From a virus: 64,000 nucleotides of DNA. The translations under genes were made by a program, and so were the position numbers. Of this stretch, positions 30,250 through 39,542 are shown in pieces. How positions within the stretch are numbered: position 1 is the stretch's first letter; each line of letters begins with the position of its first letter. The stretch lies in the IMG/VR virus record IMGVR_UViG_3300029305_003176. One strand, given 5' to 3'. The notes below the pieces were generated by a model, which worked only from the letters and a program-made list of their open reading frames with translations, did no database searches and was not told where the DNA came from.

Positions 30250-31310
30250 ACAAATAAGACCACTCCTTACAAAGCAAAAGCTTTCAATTAAAGATTCAGA
30301 ACACCGTGCGCAACGCTGTCCCTATAGAACTAAAAGTTCTCAATGAATACGGGTGACGATAAGCTAATCCTGTCCGTGTTTTACCCCGTATTAATGTGTA
30401 GTCTCTGCAAAGAAAACACAAATCTAGGACTAAGGTTTTTTCAATAGGGAATTGCAGTTACCTATTGAAGCTATGTAAGTTGCCCACTTAAGGGTTCTTT
30501 TTATACGGCTCGTAAAGAGCAATGTTACAAGGCTCAACCCTTGCTTGCAGTTCTTAACTGCATTTTTTTAACATTCTACTTAAACGTGCCTTTTCACACA
30601 TCATTTGCATATGTTCTTTAGAATGTACAATATCAGTATTTTCGTTAAAAACCTGTTCTGATCTAGTAGCCCATCTCAGGTTAGAAATAGTATTATTATT
30701 TTTATTTCTGTCAATATGATCTACAGTAGGCTTGTTTTCTGGATTTTCTATGAAAGTTTCAGCAATAATCCTATGCAACAATAAAGTTTCCACACGATAA
30801 CTGTCATTACTCAATTTTACTTGATAATAGCCATCTTTTCTTTTTCTTGGACTTAAAAATTTATTTGATATATAACTCCAAATTCGCCCATCCTCGGTTG
30901 CCGCATAACGACCTTCATATCCTTTAATATCCTTCATTTGTTCTCCTTTAAATACAATATCATTTATATAGGAGTGTTCCGTAAAACACCCCTATAATTA
31001 ATTGTAGTCTCAATCCTACATGTAGAAAGTTCCTTTCTATGTTCCCCAGCTTCTCAGTACCAGGTGGTGGACGCATATGTACGCCACTGAAATTTATTCA
31101 GACCGCTATAGAGCAGTAGCGATAGAGTTTTTGATTGGCTTCTCACAAACCAGCTATTTTAACACTCAGTTTATTAATCGGATAGAGTTATTAACCGATG
31201 CTCTTTGTCTGACTTTAATTAAATTCGGTAGATATTATAAACGCCGAATTATATAAGAGCCGTCTTTAGCTATGCATAAGACAGATTCCTTTTCTACACA
31301 TGGTAGATAG
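30250..31310 (-). ncRNA. Candidate large structured RNA (~650 nt) interrupted by an HNH ORF; ends approximate
   Basis: Long-range pairings 31257-31263/30505-30511, 31199-31206/30514-30521 and 31009-31018/30425-30434; many local hairpins; no ORFs in the flanks. Confidence 0.6.
30554..30937 (-). CDS. NUMOD4/HNH homing endonuclease
   Basis: KDIKGYEGRY...GRIWS; LHRIIAETFI.NP...VDHIDRNKNNN...NLRW. Confidence 0.9.
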   Translation of the reverse strand: MKDIKGYEGRYAATEDGRIWSYISNKFLSPRKRKDGYYQVKLSNDSYRVETLLLHRIIAETFIENPENKPTVDHIDRNKNNNTISNLRWATRSEQVFNENTDIVHSKEHMQMMCEKARLSRMLKKCS

Positions 31311-31317
31311 GTTATTT

Positions 31318-31422
31318 ACTATTGAATGATATTATACATTTCAGTCCCGTCATTCTCGGAGACTATACATAACTAACTATCGAGTAATATTCTACATTTA
31401 AATCCCGTTACTCTCGGAGATT
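31318..31422 (-). repeat. Two tandem 47-nt H-type pseudoknot repeats (58-nt period)
   Basis: Copies 31376-31422 and 31318-31364, with compensatory changes in both stems. Confidence 0.85.
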
Positions 31423-31484
31423 AAATAAACGAAAATGTCATAATGACAAAATCTCAGCTCAATCCACACAAGGACGGATGAGTA

Positions 31485-31560
31485 TTGCGGAGAGGTGGAT
31501 TTGAACCACCAACCTTTGCCTTATGAGGGCAACGAGCTAACCGAACTGCTCCATCCCGCT
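31485..31560 (-). tRNA. tRNA-Met(CAT), initiator-like body with irregular acceptor stem
   Basis: AGCGGGATGGAGCAGTTCGGTTAGCTCG; anticodon arm TTGCC-CTCATAA-GGCAA. Confidence 0.8.
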
Positions 31561-31619
31561 ATAGTTGGGGCACAGGATGTACCCCTTTTATTCAAATATT
31601 TAGTTGTATTTAATCTTAA

Positions 31620-31895
31620 TTAAGCGTTAACTGCATCCTTTAAAGCCTTACCTGCCTTAAACTTTGGTGCCTTAGAAGCTGCGATTACAAGAGTCTCACC
31701 TGTCTGTGGATTACGACCTTCTCTTTCGGCCCTTTCTGCTACTGAAAACTTACCAAAACCAGCAATGCTAACTTCGTCACCAGCAATTAAAGCTTCTGTG
31801 ATTGTTTCAATAACTGTGTCTACAACTAATGTAGTATCCTTCTTTGTGTAACCTGTCTTTTCAGCTACTGCTGAAATTAATTCTGTCTTGTTCAT
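31620..31895 (-). CDS. hup: Histone-like DNA-binding protein HU
   Basis: MNKTELI...GFGKF...RAEREGRNPQTGE...PKFKAGKALKDAVN. Confidence 0.97.
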   Translation of the reverse strand: MNKTELISAVAEKTGYTKKDTTLVVDTVIETITEALIAGDEVSIAGFGKFSVAERAEREGRNPQTGETLVIAASKAPKFKAGKALKDAVNA

Positions 31896-31974
31896 AATTT
31901 CTTTTTCTCCTTTTATTCTTTAAATTTATTCTAAACCTCTTATGAGGAATAGTTGCTTATTTAATTTTGTTTAA

Positions 31975-32316
31975 CTATGCAAAAATATTATTTGCAATTT
32001 CACTTCCGAGATCATCTAATAAATCATAAGAAGGTGTATAAGTAACTATTTCATTACCTTCTCTATCTGTTCTGACATTCTTTACACCTTTGCATTTTTC
32101 GTTCAAACACACCATTGTATTTGAATTACTTATAAATACCATAGACTTTCCGCAAGCTTTACATTTGTGCTTCGAACAAAAAACACTTTGTTGCTCTGTT
32201 AATTTCTTTTCGTCTGAAGTCTTTTTATTTACTGGTCTCAACCCCCATGCACTACGCATTTCCTCAAGAGAAGAGTAGTGTTCAGTGGTATTTCTACCTA
32301 ATCTAAATTCGCTCAT
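31975..32316 (-). CDS. Zn-ribbon hypothetical protein
   Basis: CKACG...CLNEKC; start adjusted to ATG 32316 after AGGAG. Confidence 0.65.
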   Translation of the reverse strand: MSEFRLGRNTTEHYSSLEEMRSAWGLRPVNKKTSDEKKLTEQQSVFCSKHKCKACGKSMVFISNSNTMVCLNEKCKGVKNVRTDREGNEIVTYTPSYDLLDDLGSEIANNIFA

Positions 32317-32495
32317 TCCGTTTTCTCCTAATCTATAGATTTTTATATATAGACCGTATACTAAGCCTACGGTCAAGGCATATGCATTCGAATTCCATAC
32401 TTATACCCGCAATCGGTAATAGCGGTTGAAGTACTTTAGCAAAACGCCATTTCTCTTCATAAGTGGGAAATAACTCGAATATAATTTTGCTTAGT

Positions 32496-33418
32496 TTAAA
32501 AGGCTTTTTTTGAAATCTCATTTTGCTCGGTGTACATATTTTTCTTTGAAAAACACTTTAAAACAGCATCAGAATTAACATCATATAATACTTTCAACAA
32601 AAGAGATTTATTGGTATTAATAGTGCTTATAATATTCTTATTATTACTTTGAATATTTGGTGTAACTAAAAAAGCTCTATCAATTAACCAAGACATCATT
32701 CCAAGGTAATTTTTTGAAATGTAAATATTACTAATATCATGGATTAACTTATCATAATCTGATCTCAATAATAAATAAGATGCTTCATCATCTTCATCAA
32801 TATTATAATTGTATAAATCTAAAGAATATTTTTGAATCAATTCTTCAACCTTTTTAGACTTTCTCCTGTCTTCGACAATAGGGAATTTAACAAAAAAATC
32901 GCTCATTGGAAGAGTCCCAACTCTCTGTCTAACATCATTAATTTTTATATCAAAAATATAATTCATAGGGCATTTAAGTTTTTTGTTAATACGACTCTTA
33001 TTAAAACCTTTTCTTATAATACTCCAAAATGCAGGATAACCATTTTTCTTGATATTCATATCTTTCTTTATTCGAGAAATTTCTTCAGTTAAATCTATAT
33101 CAAACCTACGCTTGGCATTATCTATAGCAACTTGTGCCAAAACACTTAAAATGCACACATAATCCTTATATTTCTGATCATCAAAGTTATAAGTATATGT
33201 TAAACATATTTGTGCTAAATTACTTGATTCTCCTATAGCTATTTGTGCTGCGGCTAGATTATTATCAATCTCTGCATAATTTTCCATTGATAATAAATAA
33301 TTATTTTTTTCCTTTGGAATGTTATTAACTATAGTAGGATAGTGTAAATAACAATGTTTTGCATATTGTACAATATCCATCTGATTGGTTACATACAAAC
33401 TGTCAGAATCTTGATCTG
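32496..33418 (-). CDS. yonO: Phage RNA polymerase (YonO-like), exon 2
   Basis: Begins (S)DQDSD; contains IGESSNLAQ and LAQVAIDNAKR motifs. Confidence 0.85.
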
Positions 33419-34600
33419 CATCTGTTATATCCTTGGCTCTTTATCCAAGGCTTCTCCGATTTTTACCGGAGTATCGGACTATCTCTTTACCCTCGTCTTT
33501 ACGTTAGGGTATTCAGCACTCGTGGGTGGATTATTGTTTAACCTACTCACCACCTAGTCTCTAAACCTTACTATCTAATTTTATGGTTTTCAATAGTCTT
33601 GGTAATTGATTAACATGTGTGTGTTATTTTTTAATATAGCTAAAAATTAAATTTTTATATGGTTTGCCGGTTTCCACTGACTTAATAATATATGGACGCA
33701 TAGAATCAATTTTACATTTTATTTTATATTCGTTCTGCATCCATTCGGCACAATCCTTTATACATCCAAAATCTTTTATATAATTTCCGTCTAAATCATA
33801 CACATAAACTTCCTTAGCTCGTCCGTTTTGAGAACCAGGTCTAGAATAGTATTGAATTCTTAATTCCGGATTATCTTTTACTTTGTTATGTAAAGTTTTG
33901 TTACCATAATTAGGATTATTTTCTCCATATTGATTTGATAATCTGTTATGAGTTTTTTCTAACCAATTTTTATATGTTTCATTGGTCATTCTTTCTTTAG
34001 GACTTATTCCATACATAGGATTGTTTTTCCCAGAAGAAGATAGGCTTAATTTTTCTTTTATTTCTTTTGCTTTTTCATCAGAATACGAATCCCATACATT
34101 AATACCATACATCGGATTATTTTTACCTAACATATCTACTGAATGTTGTTTACACCATTCTTCAGAATGTACCATTCCAAATGAGCCATCTCCACCAAAG
34201 GTATGATTGGTTAAATGACCAAGTTCTACTTTTTTATTGTTATAACCTATAATATCAATACCATAACCCAATGTAAAAACGTAATATTGAATGAGTTCTC
34301 TTTCAAATTGATATGCTTCTTCTTCTGATAAATTATCTTTTATAATTTTAACTTTCATTCCACATTTTTCTACAATTCTATTGTGATGTTCATTACGTGA
34401 AATGAAATTGGCACGTTTACCCCTACCTTTACCAACATAAAAACAGGTATTATTATCAAGCCTTATATGTTCATATACATAATAATCATTTTTATTCATG
34501 TTTTCACCTCCTTTTTATTTTTATAAACACACATTTAGTCTTCCAATTTTCACTGAATAGTTTTTGAACTACATTTCTGTAGAACCGACCCATTTTGTTA
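33419..34600 (-). ncRNA. Group I intron (1182 nt) in RNA polymerase gene
   Basis: Exon UGGCU pairs with IGS GGUCG with terminal U.G; R element GGUUUAGAGACUA, S element AAGAGAUAGUCC; terminal G at 33419; 1696+923 nt = 873 codons. Confidence 0.9.
33624..34499 (-). CDS. Intron-encoded GIY-YIG-like endonuclease with NUMOD3 repeats
   Basis: YYVYEH...FYVGKG, LTN.T.GGDG, repeated GKNNPMYG. Confidence 0.85.
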   Translation of the reverse strand: MNKNDYYVYEHIRLDNNTCFYVGKGRGKRANFISRNEHHNRIVEKCGMKVKIIKDNLSEEEAYQFERELIQYYVFTLGYGIDIIGYNNKKVELGHLTNHTFGGDGSFGMVHSEEWCKQHSVDMLGKNNPMYGINVWDSYSDEKAKEIKEKLSLSSSGKNNPMYGISPKERMTNETYKNWLEKTHNRLSNQYGENNPNYGNKTLHNKVKDNPELRIQYYSRPGSQNGRAKEVYVYDLDGNYIKDFGCIKDCAEWMQNEYKIKCKIDSMRPYIIKSVETGKPYKNLIFSYIKK

Positions 34601-36296
34601 AGCCATTATTACGATCCTGAAAATCCGTCCCAATCATATTTACAGCAATAATTTGTTTTCCAAAATTAAAATATTTATCAAAATATTCATGGTAAACATT
34701 GTGTAAATATCCCATATTATTTTTACTATTAAATGGGGAACGAAACTCCGCAAGATATTCTCCATCTTCAAATCTTTTTGTCCAGCATTGAATAGTATTT
34801 TCTTCTGTTGTAAATGTATTATCATTATTTACATCACAACCAACCGAATGAAGCAACATGGCATATGGAGAACCTATAATAACAAGATTATCTGCATTTT
34901 GAATTGTTTTTCCATTTTTAAAATTCAATACATAAGTTTCAATAATTTTTCGTTTTCTATCTCTAAAATATTCACTTCTTAAAAAATCTCGATTTTGGTC
35001 AACCAATGCAATCAATACTTCATAATCATTTGAAAAATTTTTATTATCTCTTAGATAATTTAAAAATACATCATCATTCATTTTAAGTTGTTCAATGTAA
35101 TTCATACTACATTGGACTGTATTCGGCATAATATCCATATCCAAGGCATTAATCATTTGGTAGCTCATTCTTTGAACTTCTCCAAGTTTGCTCTGATGAG
35201 CAGTCTTAACTATGCCAAACATACAATTATTCGCCCTAACCCAATCACTCCAGTATTCATATGATACATCAAATTTTAACCATTTCATAGCATTGTCGGT
35301 AGTAATAAGTCTAATATCCTTTACACGAACATCTCTTCCAAACATATCTTTTACAGTGGCAGTTTCATATTCATTCCCAAAGTAATCTTGCATAAATAAT
35401 TGGATATTTGAATGAAATGCGGCCATTTTACATAAATGGTGTCTAAGAAGAATATAACCTTCTCCCCATTCCGGAAAGATAGAAGTATCAATTAATGCTT
35501 GTCCGTCAAATAAAGTATTCTTTACCTGATAATCACCCATAGGAACCGCTTTACAATGTTTGTTCTCATCTGTTTCCACACTAATTACTTTTGTATTAAA
35601 GAAAGAATCTACATCTTTTAAAACTAAAATTTGTTCCGGTAATATTTGAACCTTTCCAACAATAGAAGAAGTAATAAGAGAAGAGTATGCCCCCATTTCT
35701 ACAATAGGAGAGTTGTCTTCTGATAATTGAATTCCCATATATAAAAAATTACGAGCAATATCATATAGCTTCTCATTGATAAACATACAGGAACCTTTCT
35801 TTGCCTTTCCAGGCGTTCTATATAACATCTTATAGTGAATTTTCTCTTCTTTAATTACTTCGCCTTTTTTATTATAAGTTTGGTAATTTATATCAACTCC
35901 TTTAGTGTAAAAGATAGTGCGAATTTCTTGATGAGACATTTTTTGATACTTGTATTCATTATATATTGCACGTTCCTTTAAAAATTCAATCTTTTGAACA
36001 CGGGCTTCTTTATCACTTTTAGACAATATTTCATTGTTTTGAATATCCTTTATAATTTTATCAAAGTTTTTAATTTCGTCTTCATAAGAACGTGTACCAT
36101 AATTAAACTCTATACAAATAACATCTCTAGTAGATTCTCCTTTCCAAATGTTAAGTCCATTTTCTTTGAGAAAATCACTAAACAAACTATTTGTTAGCAT
36201 AGCATCTGTACTATCAAGCCTGTCTCTAAGTCCCAAATTATATCCATATAAAGAACCTGCTTCGAAGTTTTTTATCTTAAGTCCATATTCTGACAT
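34601..36296 (-). CDS. yonO: Phage RNA polymerase (YonO-like double-psi beta-barrel), exon 1
   Basis: YRTPGKAKKG, LFDGQALID, LLRHH..K, FRSPFN, DFQDRNNG motifs; synteny with HU. Confidence 0.85.
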
Positions 36297-36337
36297 TTTA
36301 CCACCTCAATAACACCATATTAATTTTTTGCACTAAT

Positions 36338-36556
36338 TTACCCCTCCTCAAAATAAGCTGCGCAATCTGTCTCCGTACAGTTGCAACTATTAACTACCAA
36401 ATCATCGTCCCACTCAAATTTAACTTCTTCATAGTTTGCTGGGATAGGATAGTAACATCCGGTTCTGTCTATCATTACCTCTAATAAATCTTCTCCATCG
36501 TTAAAATCTTCATTTGCGTCTACTATGTAAGCTTCAATTTTATAAATCTTTGCCAT
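36338..36556 (-). CDS. Hypothetical protein
   Basis: 72 aa with RBS. Confidence 0.6.
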   Translation of the reverse strand: MAKIYKIEAYIVDANEDFNDGEDLLEVMIDRTGCYYPIPANYEEVKFEWDDDLVVNSCNCTETDCAAYFEEG

Positions 36557-36558
36557 TT

Positions 36559-37083
36559 TTAATTCTCCTTATTATTTATAATTTCTTCTAATGTTCTTGG
36601 GGTAAATCCAATAATATCTACGCCTACATTATAAGCATTCTTCATTTTAGAAGCATAGCGTGTCGTTTCATTATGAAATGTATTATGTACATGACCATAA
36701 AAGTGTAATACATTTCTATAATATCCATTCCATTCAATCATAGGATAGTGACAACAAACAATCTGAGTTCCATTATCGTTGACCATTTTCATATCAACAA
36801 TCTCCACTAAATACTTCTTATAAACAGGATTCTTTAATAACTGTACATCATGATTTCCAATAATTAAATGTTTACGACCTTTTAATTGTTTTAAATAACT
36901 AATAGGGTCTTCACTTTTATATGAAAAGTCACCTAAAATATAAACATCATCATTGTCTCTTATTCGATTATTCCAATTATTAATAATCGTTTTGTCCATT
37001 TCTTCAGTAGATTCAAATGGTCTATTTGATAACTTGCGAATATTATCATGTCCAAAGTGTGTATCTGCTATATAATAATTAAT
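36559..37083 (-). CDS. Calcineurin-like phosphoesterase (probable ATT start)
   Basis: In-frame extension (I)NYYIADTHFGH; LGDF, GNHD, CHYP and YGHVH motifs. Confidence 0.8.
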   Translation of the reverse strand: MNYYIADTHFGHDNIRKLSNRPFESTEEMDKTIINNWNNRIRDNDDVYILGDFSYKSEDPISYLKQLKGRKHLIIGNHDVQLLKNPVYKKYLVEIVDMKMVNDNGTQIVCCHYPMIEWNGYYRNVLHFYGHVHNTFHNETTRYASKMKNAYNVGVDIIGFTPRTLEEIINNKEN

Positions 37084-37085
37084 TC

Positions 37086-37541
37086 TTATTCACCACTTTT
37101 CTTCAAAATTTCATTAAGCACTTTATTAGCAATTTTCATATCAACTTTTCCCTTTAGCTTAGGCATAATAGTTTTCATTATATTGCTCTTACCGTCTTGC
37201 TGAATATCTACCGTTGACAATAAATGATAAATCATTTTACAGATTTCATCCTCGTCAGAAATAATTACCGGAGCAAATTCGTCAATAATAGTAAGCTTGT
37301 TTTTATATTCCTGCATTAACTCGTCCCTATTTGTAGGACAGGTATCAATCATTTCTTGAACGATTTTCTTTTCCTTTAAAATAACTTCATTAACAAGGTC
37401 TTCGGTGATATTGTCTTTGCACATCTTATCAATTGCTACTTTCTTTATAGCTCCAACAAGAGAAGAGAGAGTATCTTTTCTTGTTTTATCTTTGTTTTTC
37501 ATAGCCGAAATCATTTCGGTCTGTAATATTTTCAGTGTCAT
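37086..37541 (-). CDS. GatB/YqeY domain protein
   Basis: MISAMKNKD..R...L; IMKTIMPKLKGKVDMK. Confidence 0.8.
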   Translation of the reverse strand: MTLKILQTEMISAMKNKDKTRKDTLSSLVGAIKKVAIDKMCKDNITEDLVNEVILKEKKIVQEMIDTCPTNRDELMQEYKNKLTIIDEFAPVIISDEDEICKMIYHLLSTVDIQQDGKSNIMKTIMPKLKGKVDMKIANKVLNEILKKSGE

Positions 37542-37573
37542 TTTATACCTCGCTTTCAAATAATTTTAATTAG

Positions 37574-38161
37574 TTAAAATATTTTTTTACCAATCATAGT
37601 AGCAATAATATTTCTAATTTCTTTTTCTGCGACAATTTTATTGCATTCTAAATTCTCAATCACATCAGTATATGCTTGATTTTGTTTTTCTAAATTATTA
37701 ATCATTTGTTTATATTCATTGATTAATGCAGCATTATCCTTAATAATACCAGAATAAGTCTCAGTGTCTGTTTGAATAATCTCGTAGACAGAAGAGTAAT
37801 TTTGTTTTGCTGCTTCTAGTTTTTCCAATAATTTAGATATGTATATTTGGTTAAATTCGTGACCCAATCCTAAATCAATTGAATATAATGTAACCACATT
37901 AGCTTTAGATATATCTACAATAATTATCCAAGTTCCATTTAAGAAAATGTCTACTGGCTGTTTATTAAATTCTGATACAGATTTTCCTGAATAGAGCAGT
38001 GTTCCATACTCAATCATTTTAAAAATATCTTCTTTAATTTTTTGTTCATTTTGAGCAACATACACAGCAATATCCGAGGCAGATGTCTTATCCATAATAC
38101 GAGCAGCGTATCTTTCTTTGCTATGTTGTGAAAATTTAAGTGTGTCTAATGTATAGTTCAT
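37574..38161 (-). CDS. Hypothetical protein with coiled-coil C-terminus
   Basis: SQHSKERY...VVTLY N-terminal domain; ATG 38161 after AGGAG. Confidence 0.6.
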   Translation of the reverse strand: MNYTLDTLKFSQHSKERYAARIMDKTSASDIAVYVAQNEQKIKEDIFKMIEYGTLLYSGKSVSEFNKQPVDIFLNGTWIIIVDISKANVVTLYSIDLGLGHEFNQIYISKLLEKLEAAKQNYSSVYEIIQTDTETYSGIIKDNAALINEYKQMINNLEKQNQAYTDVIENLECNKIVAEKEIRNIIATMIGKKIF

Positions 38162-38199
38162 GAAAACTCCTTTTAAATAATTTTGATTAATGACATGTT

Positions 38200-38228
38200 T
38201 AATATAACACATTTTTTAAAAAAGTCAA
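38200..38228 (-). promoter_or_regulatory. sigmaA-type promoter
   Basis: TTGACT-17 nt-TATATT with TG extension. Confidence 0.5.
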
Positions 38229-38272
38229 TAGCGAAAAAATAATTTTAATTAGTTGATGGAAGATTAATTTTC

Positions 38273-38764
38273 TTACCATACGAAATCTGGGTGTTCTTTC
38301 ATAAATGGTTCAATAATTTCATCAATAGCTCTTTTAGCTATGTTCTCAGAATAAAATACAGTCATAAGTGGCTGTGAATAATGATAGCCTGACACCTCAA
38401 AAGTTTTGTATCTGTTATCATAATAAACATAATATTTTGTTTGTTCCATATCTTCCCAATCAATTTTATCTCCATCATTCTGCATACTTAATCTCCAGAG
38501 AAGACGAGAGAGCGTTTCATAATATGCACGTTGCTGCATGAGTTGTTCGTCCGTGCAATAATTAGCAGAAGAATAACATTCTTCAGAAAAAGCAACATCT
38601 CTACCATCTTGATGACGAACATTCCCCCAAGCAGTTACACAATAATATTCGCCCCTTTTTGTATATTCAAAACGATCTTTTCTAGGATTAAAACCTAATT
38701 TCTCAATTTGCTCATCGGTTAAATCTACACGTTTACCATTAATCATTAAATAATTTTCGTTCAT
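38273..38764 (-). CDS. Hypothetical phage protein
   Basis: 163 aa; IDW.D..Q.KY and FYSE..AKRAI motifs. Confidence 0.6.
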   Translation of the reverse strand: MNENYLMINGKRVDLTDEQIEKLGFNPRKDRFEYTKRGEYYCVTAWGNVRHQDGRDVAFSEECYSSANYCTDEQLMQQRAYYETLSRLLWRLSMQNDGDKIDWEDMEQTKYYVYYDNRYKTFEVSGYHYSQPLMTVFYSENIAKRAIDEIIEPFMKEHPDFVW

Positions 38765-38777
38765 TGTATTTCTCCTT

Positions 38778-39542
38778 TCAACTAATTCTTATAATTTGTT
38801 CATATAATCCTATATCTTTATCATTAATAGCTCTGTCTATATGCATATGGCCAAAGAAATGTTTTTTATATTCTGTTTTACAACGTATGTCTTCAAGGTA
38901 ATGGGTAAGTATATCTTGTTTATATAACCCCCTACCAAGAAGTGCAGTAACGCTCGCAGAAGGAGAGTGAGAGAGTATATAGTCTACTTTATAGTTATGT
39001 GCTGCTAAATTGTTGAGTCCGGTTTGCATTTCTTCTGCACTAGGAAGCTCTTGTTCCCACCAGGACAATCCCTTGACACGATACATACATTTACCTTGTA
39101 TGTTTAAGAATTTTGCTTTTATCGTCCACACCGGGTTCTCATAATCAAGAATACCATCTTGAATATCATGTGATGATGCGCCACCAAATGTAAAGAACTT
39201 TTTATTTTCAATAGTAAATACTTGTCCTCTCATAAGATGTAATACGTGTGGACGTATCTCATGAACAAGACCTCCATGCCATTCTTTTACTGGGTATTGA
39301 TAAAGTCTATCAAAGTTCTCATGATTGCCATCAATGAATAGGGTAGTAAATGGTTTTTTCTCTAATACATCTAGCCATGTTTCTTCTTCAGCACTTTCTT
39401 CTTTACGATTCCAGATTAGTCCAAAATCGCCTAATATAATAACGAAATTTTCTTCTTGATTAGTCATTTCTTTTTGTTCATAAAATGATTCTGAGAAAAA
39501 CCTGCGAGGATTTCCATGGATATCACCTGTTATATAAATCAT
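38778..39542 (-). CDS. Calcineurin-like metallophosphoesterase
   Basis: TGDIHG, LGDFG, DGNHE, SH and FGHMH motifs. Confidence 0.9.
   Translation of the reverse strand: MIYITGDIHGNPRRFFSESFYEQKEMTNQEENFVIILGDFGLIWNRKEESAEEETWLDVLEKKPFTTLFIDGNHENFDRLYQYPVKEWHGGLVHEIRPHVLHLMRGQVFTIENKKFFTFGGASSHDIQDGILDYENPVWTIKAKFLNIQGKCMYRVKGLSWWEQELPSAEEMQTGLNNLAAHNYKVDYILSHSPSASVTALLGRGLYKQDILTHYLEDIRCKTEYKKHFFGHMHIDRAINDKDIGLYEQIIRIS

Noticed and set aside
30250-31310. tmRNA, RNase P RNA or a third group I intron
   Set aside because: No tRNA-like termini, no RNase P P4 consensus; AGAGACUAC is R-like but no S element or interrupted exon was found
31318-31422. CRISPR mini-array or pistol ribozyme
   Set aside because: Only two units with an 11-nt gap and no cas genes; lacks pistol P2/P3 and the conserved residues after the pseudoknot
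31448-31484. HDV-like (theta) ribozyme after tRNA-Met
   Set aside because: A UCCUUGU loop is suggestive, but the GG for P1.1 and a proper J4/2 are missing; a simple hairpin explains it
32496-36296. RNA-dependent RNA polymerase
   Set aside because: YonO-type enzymes resemble eukaryotic RdRPs but are DNA-dependent; the context is a dsDNA phage
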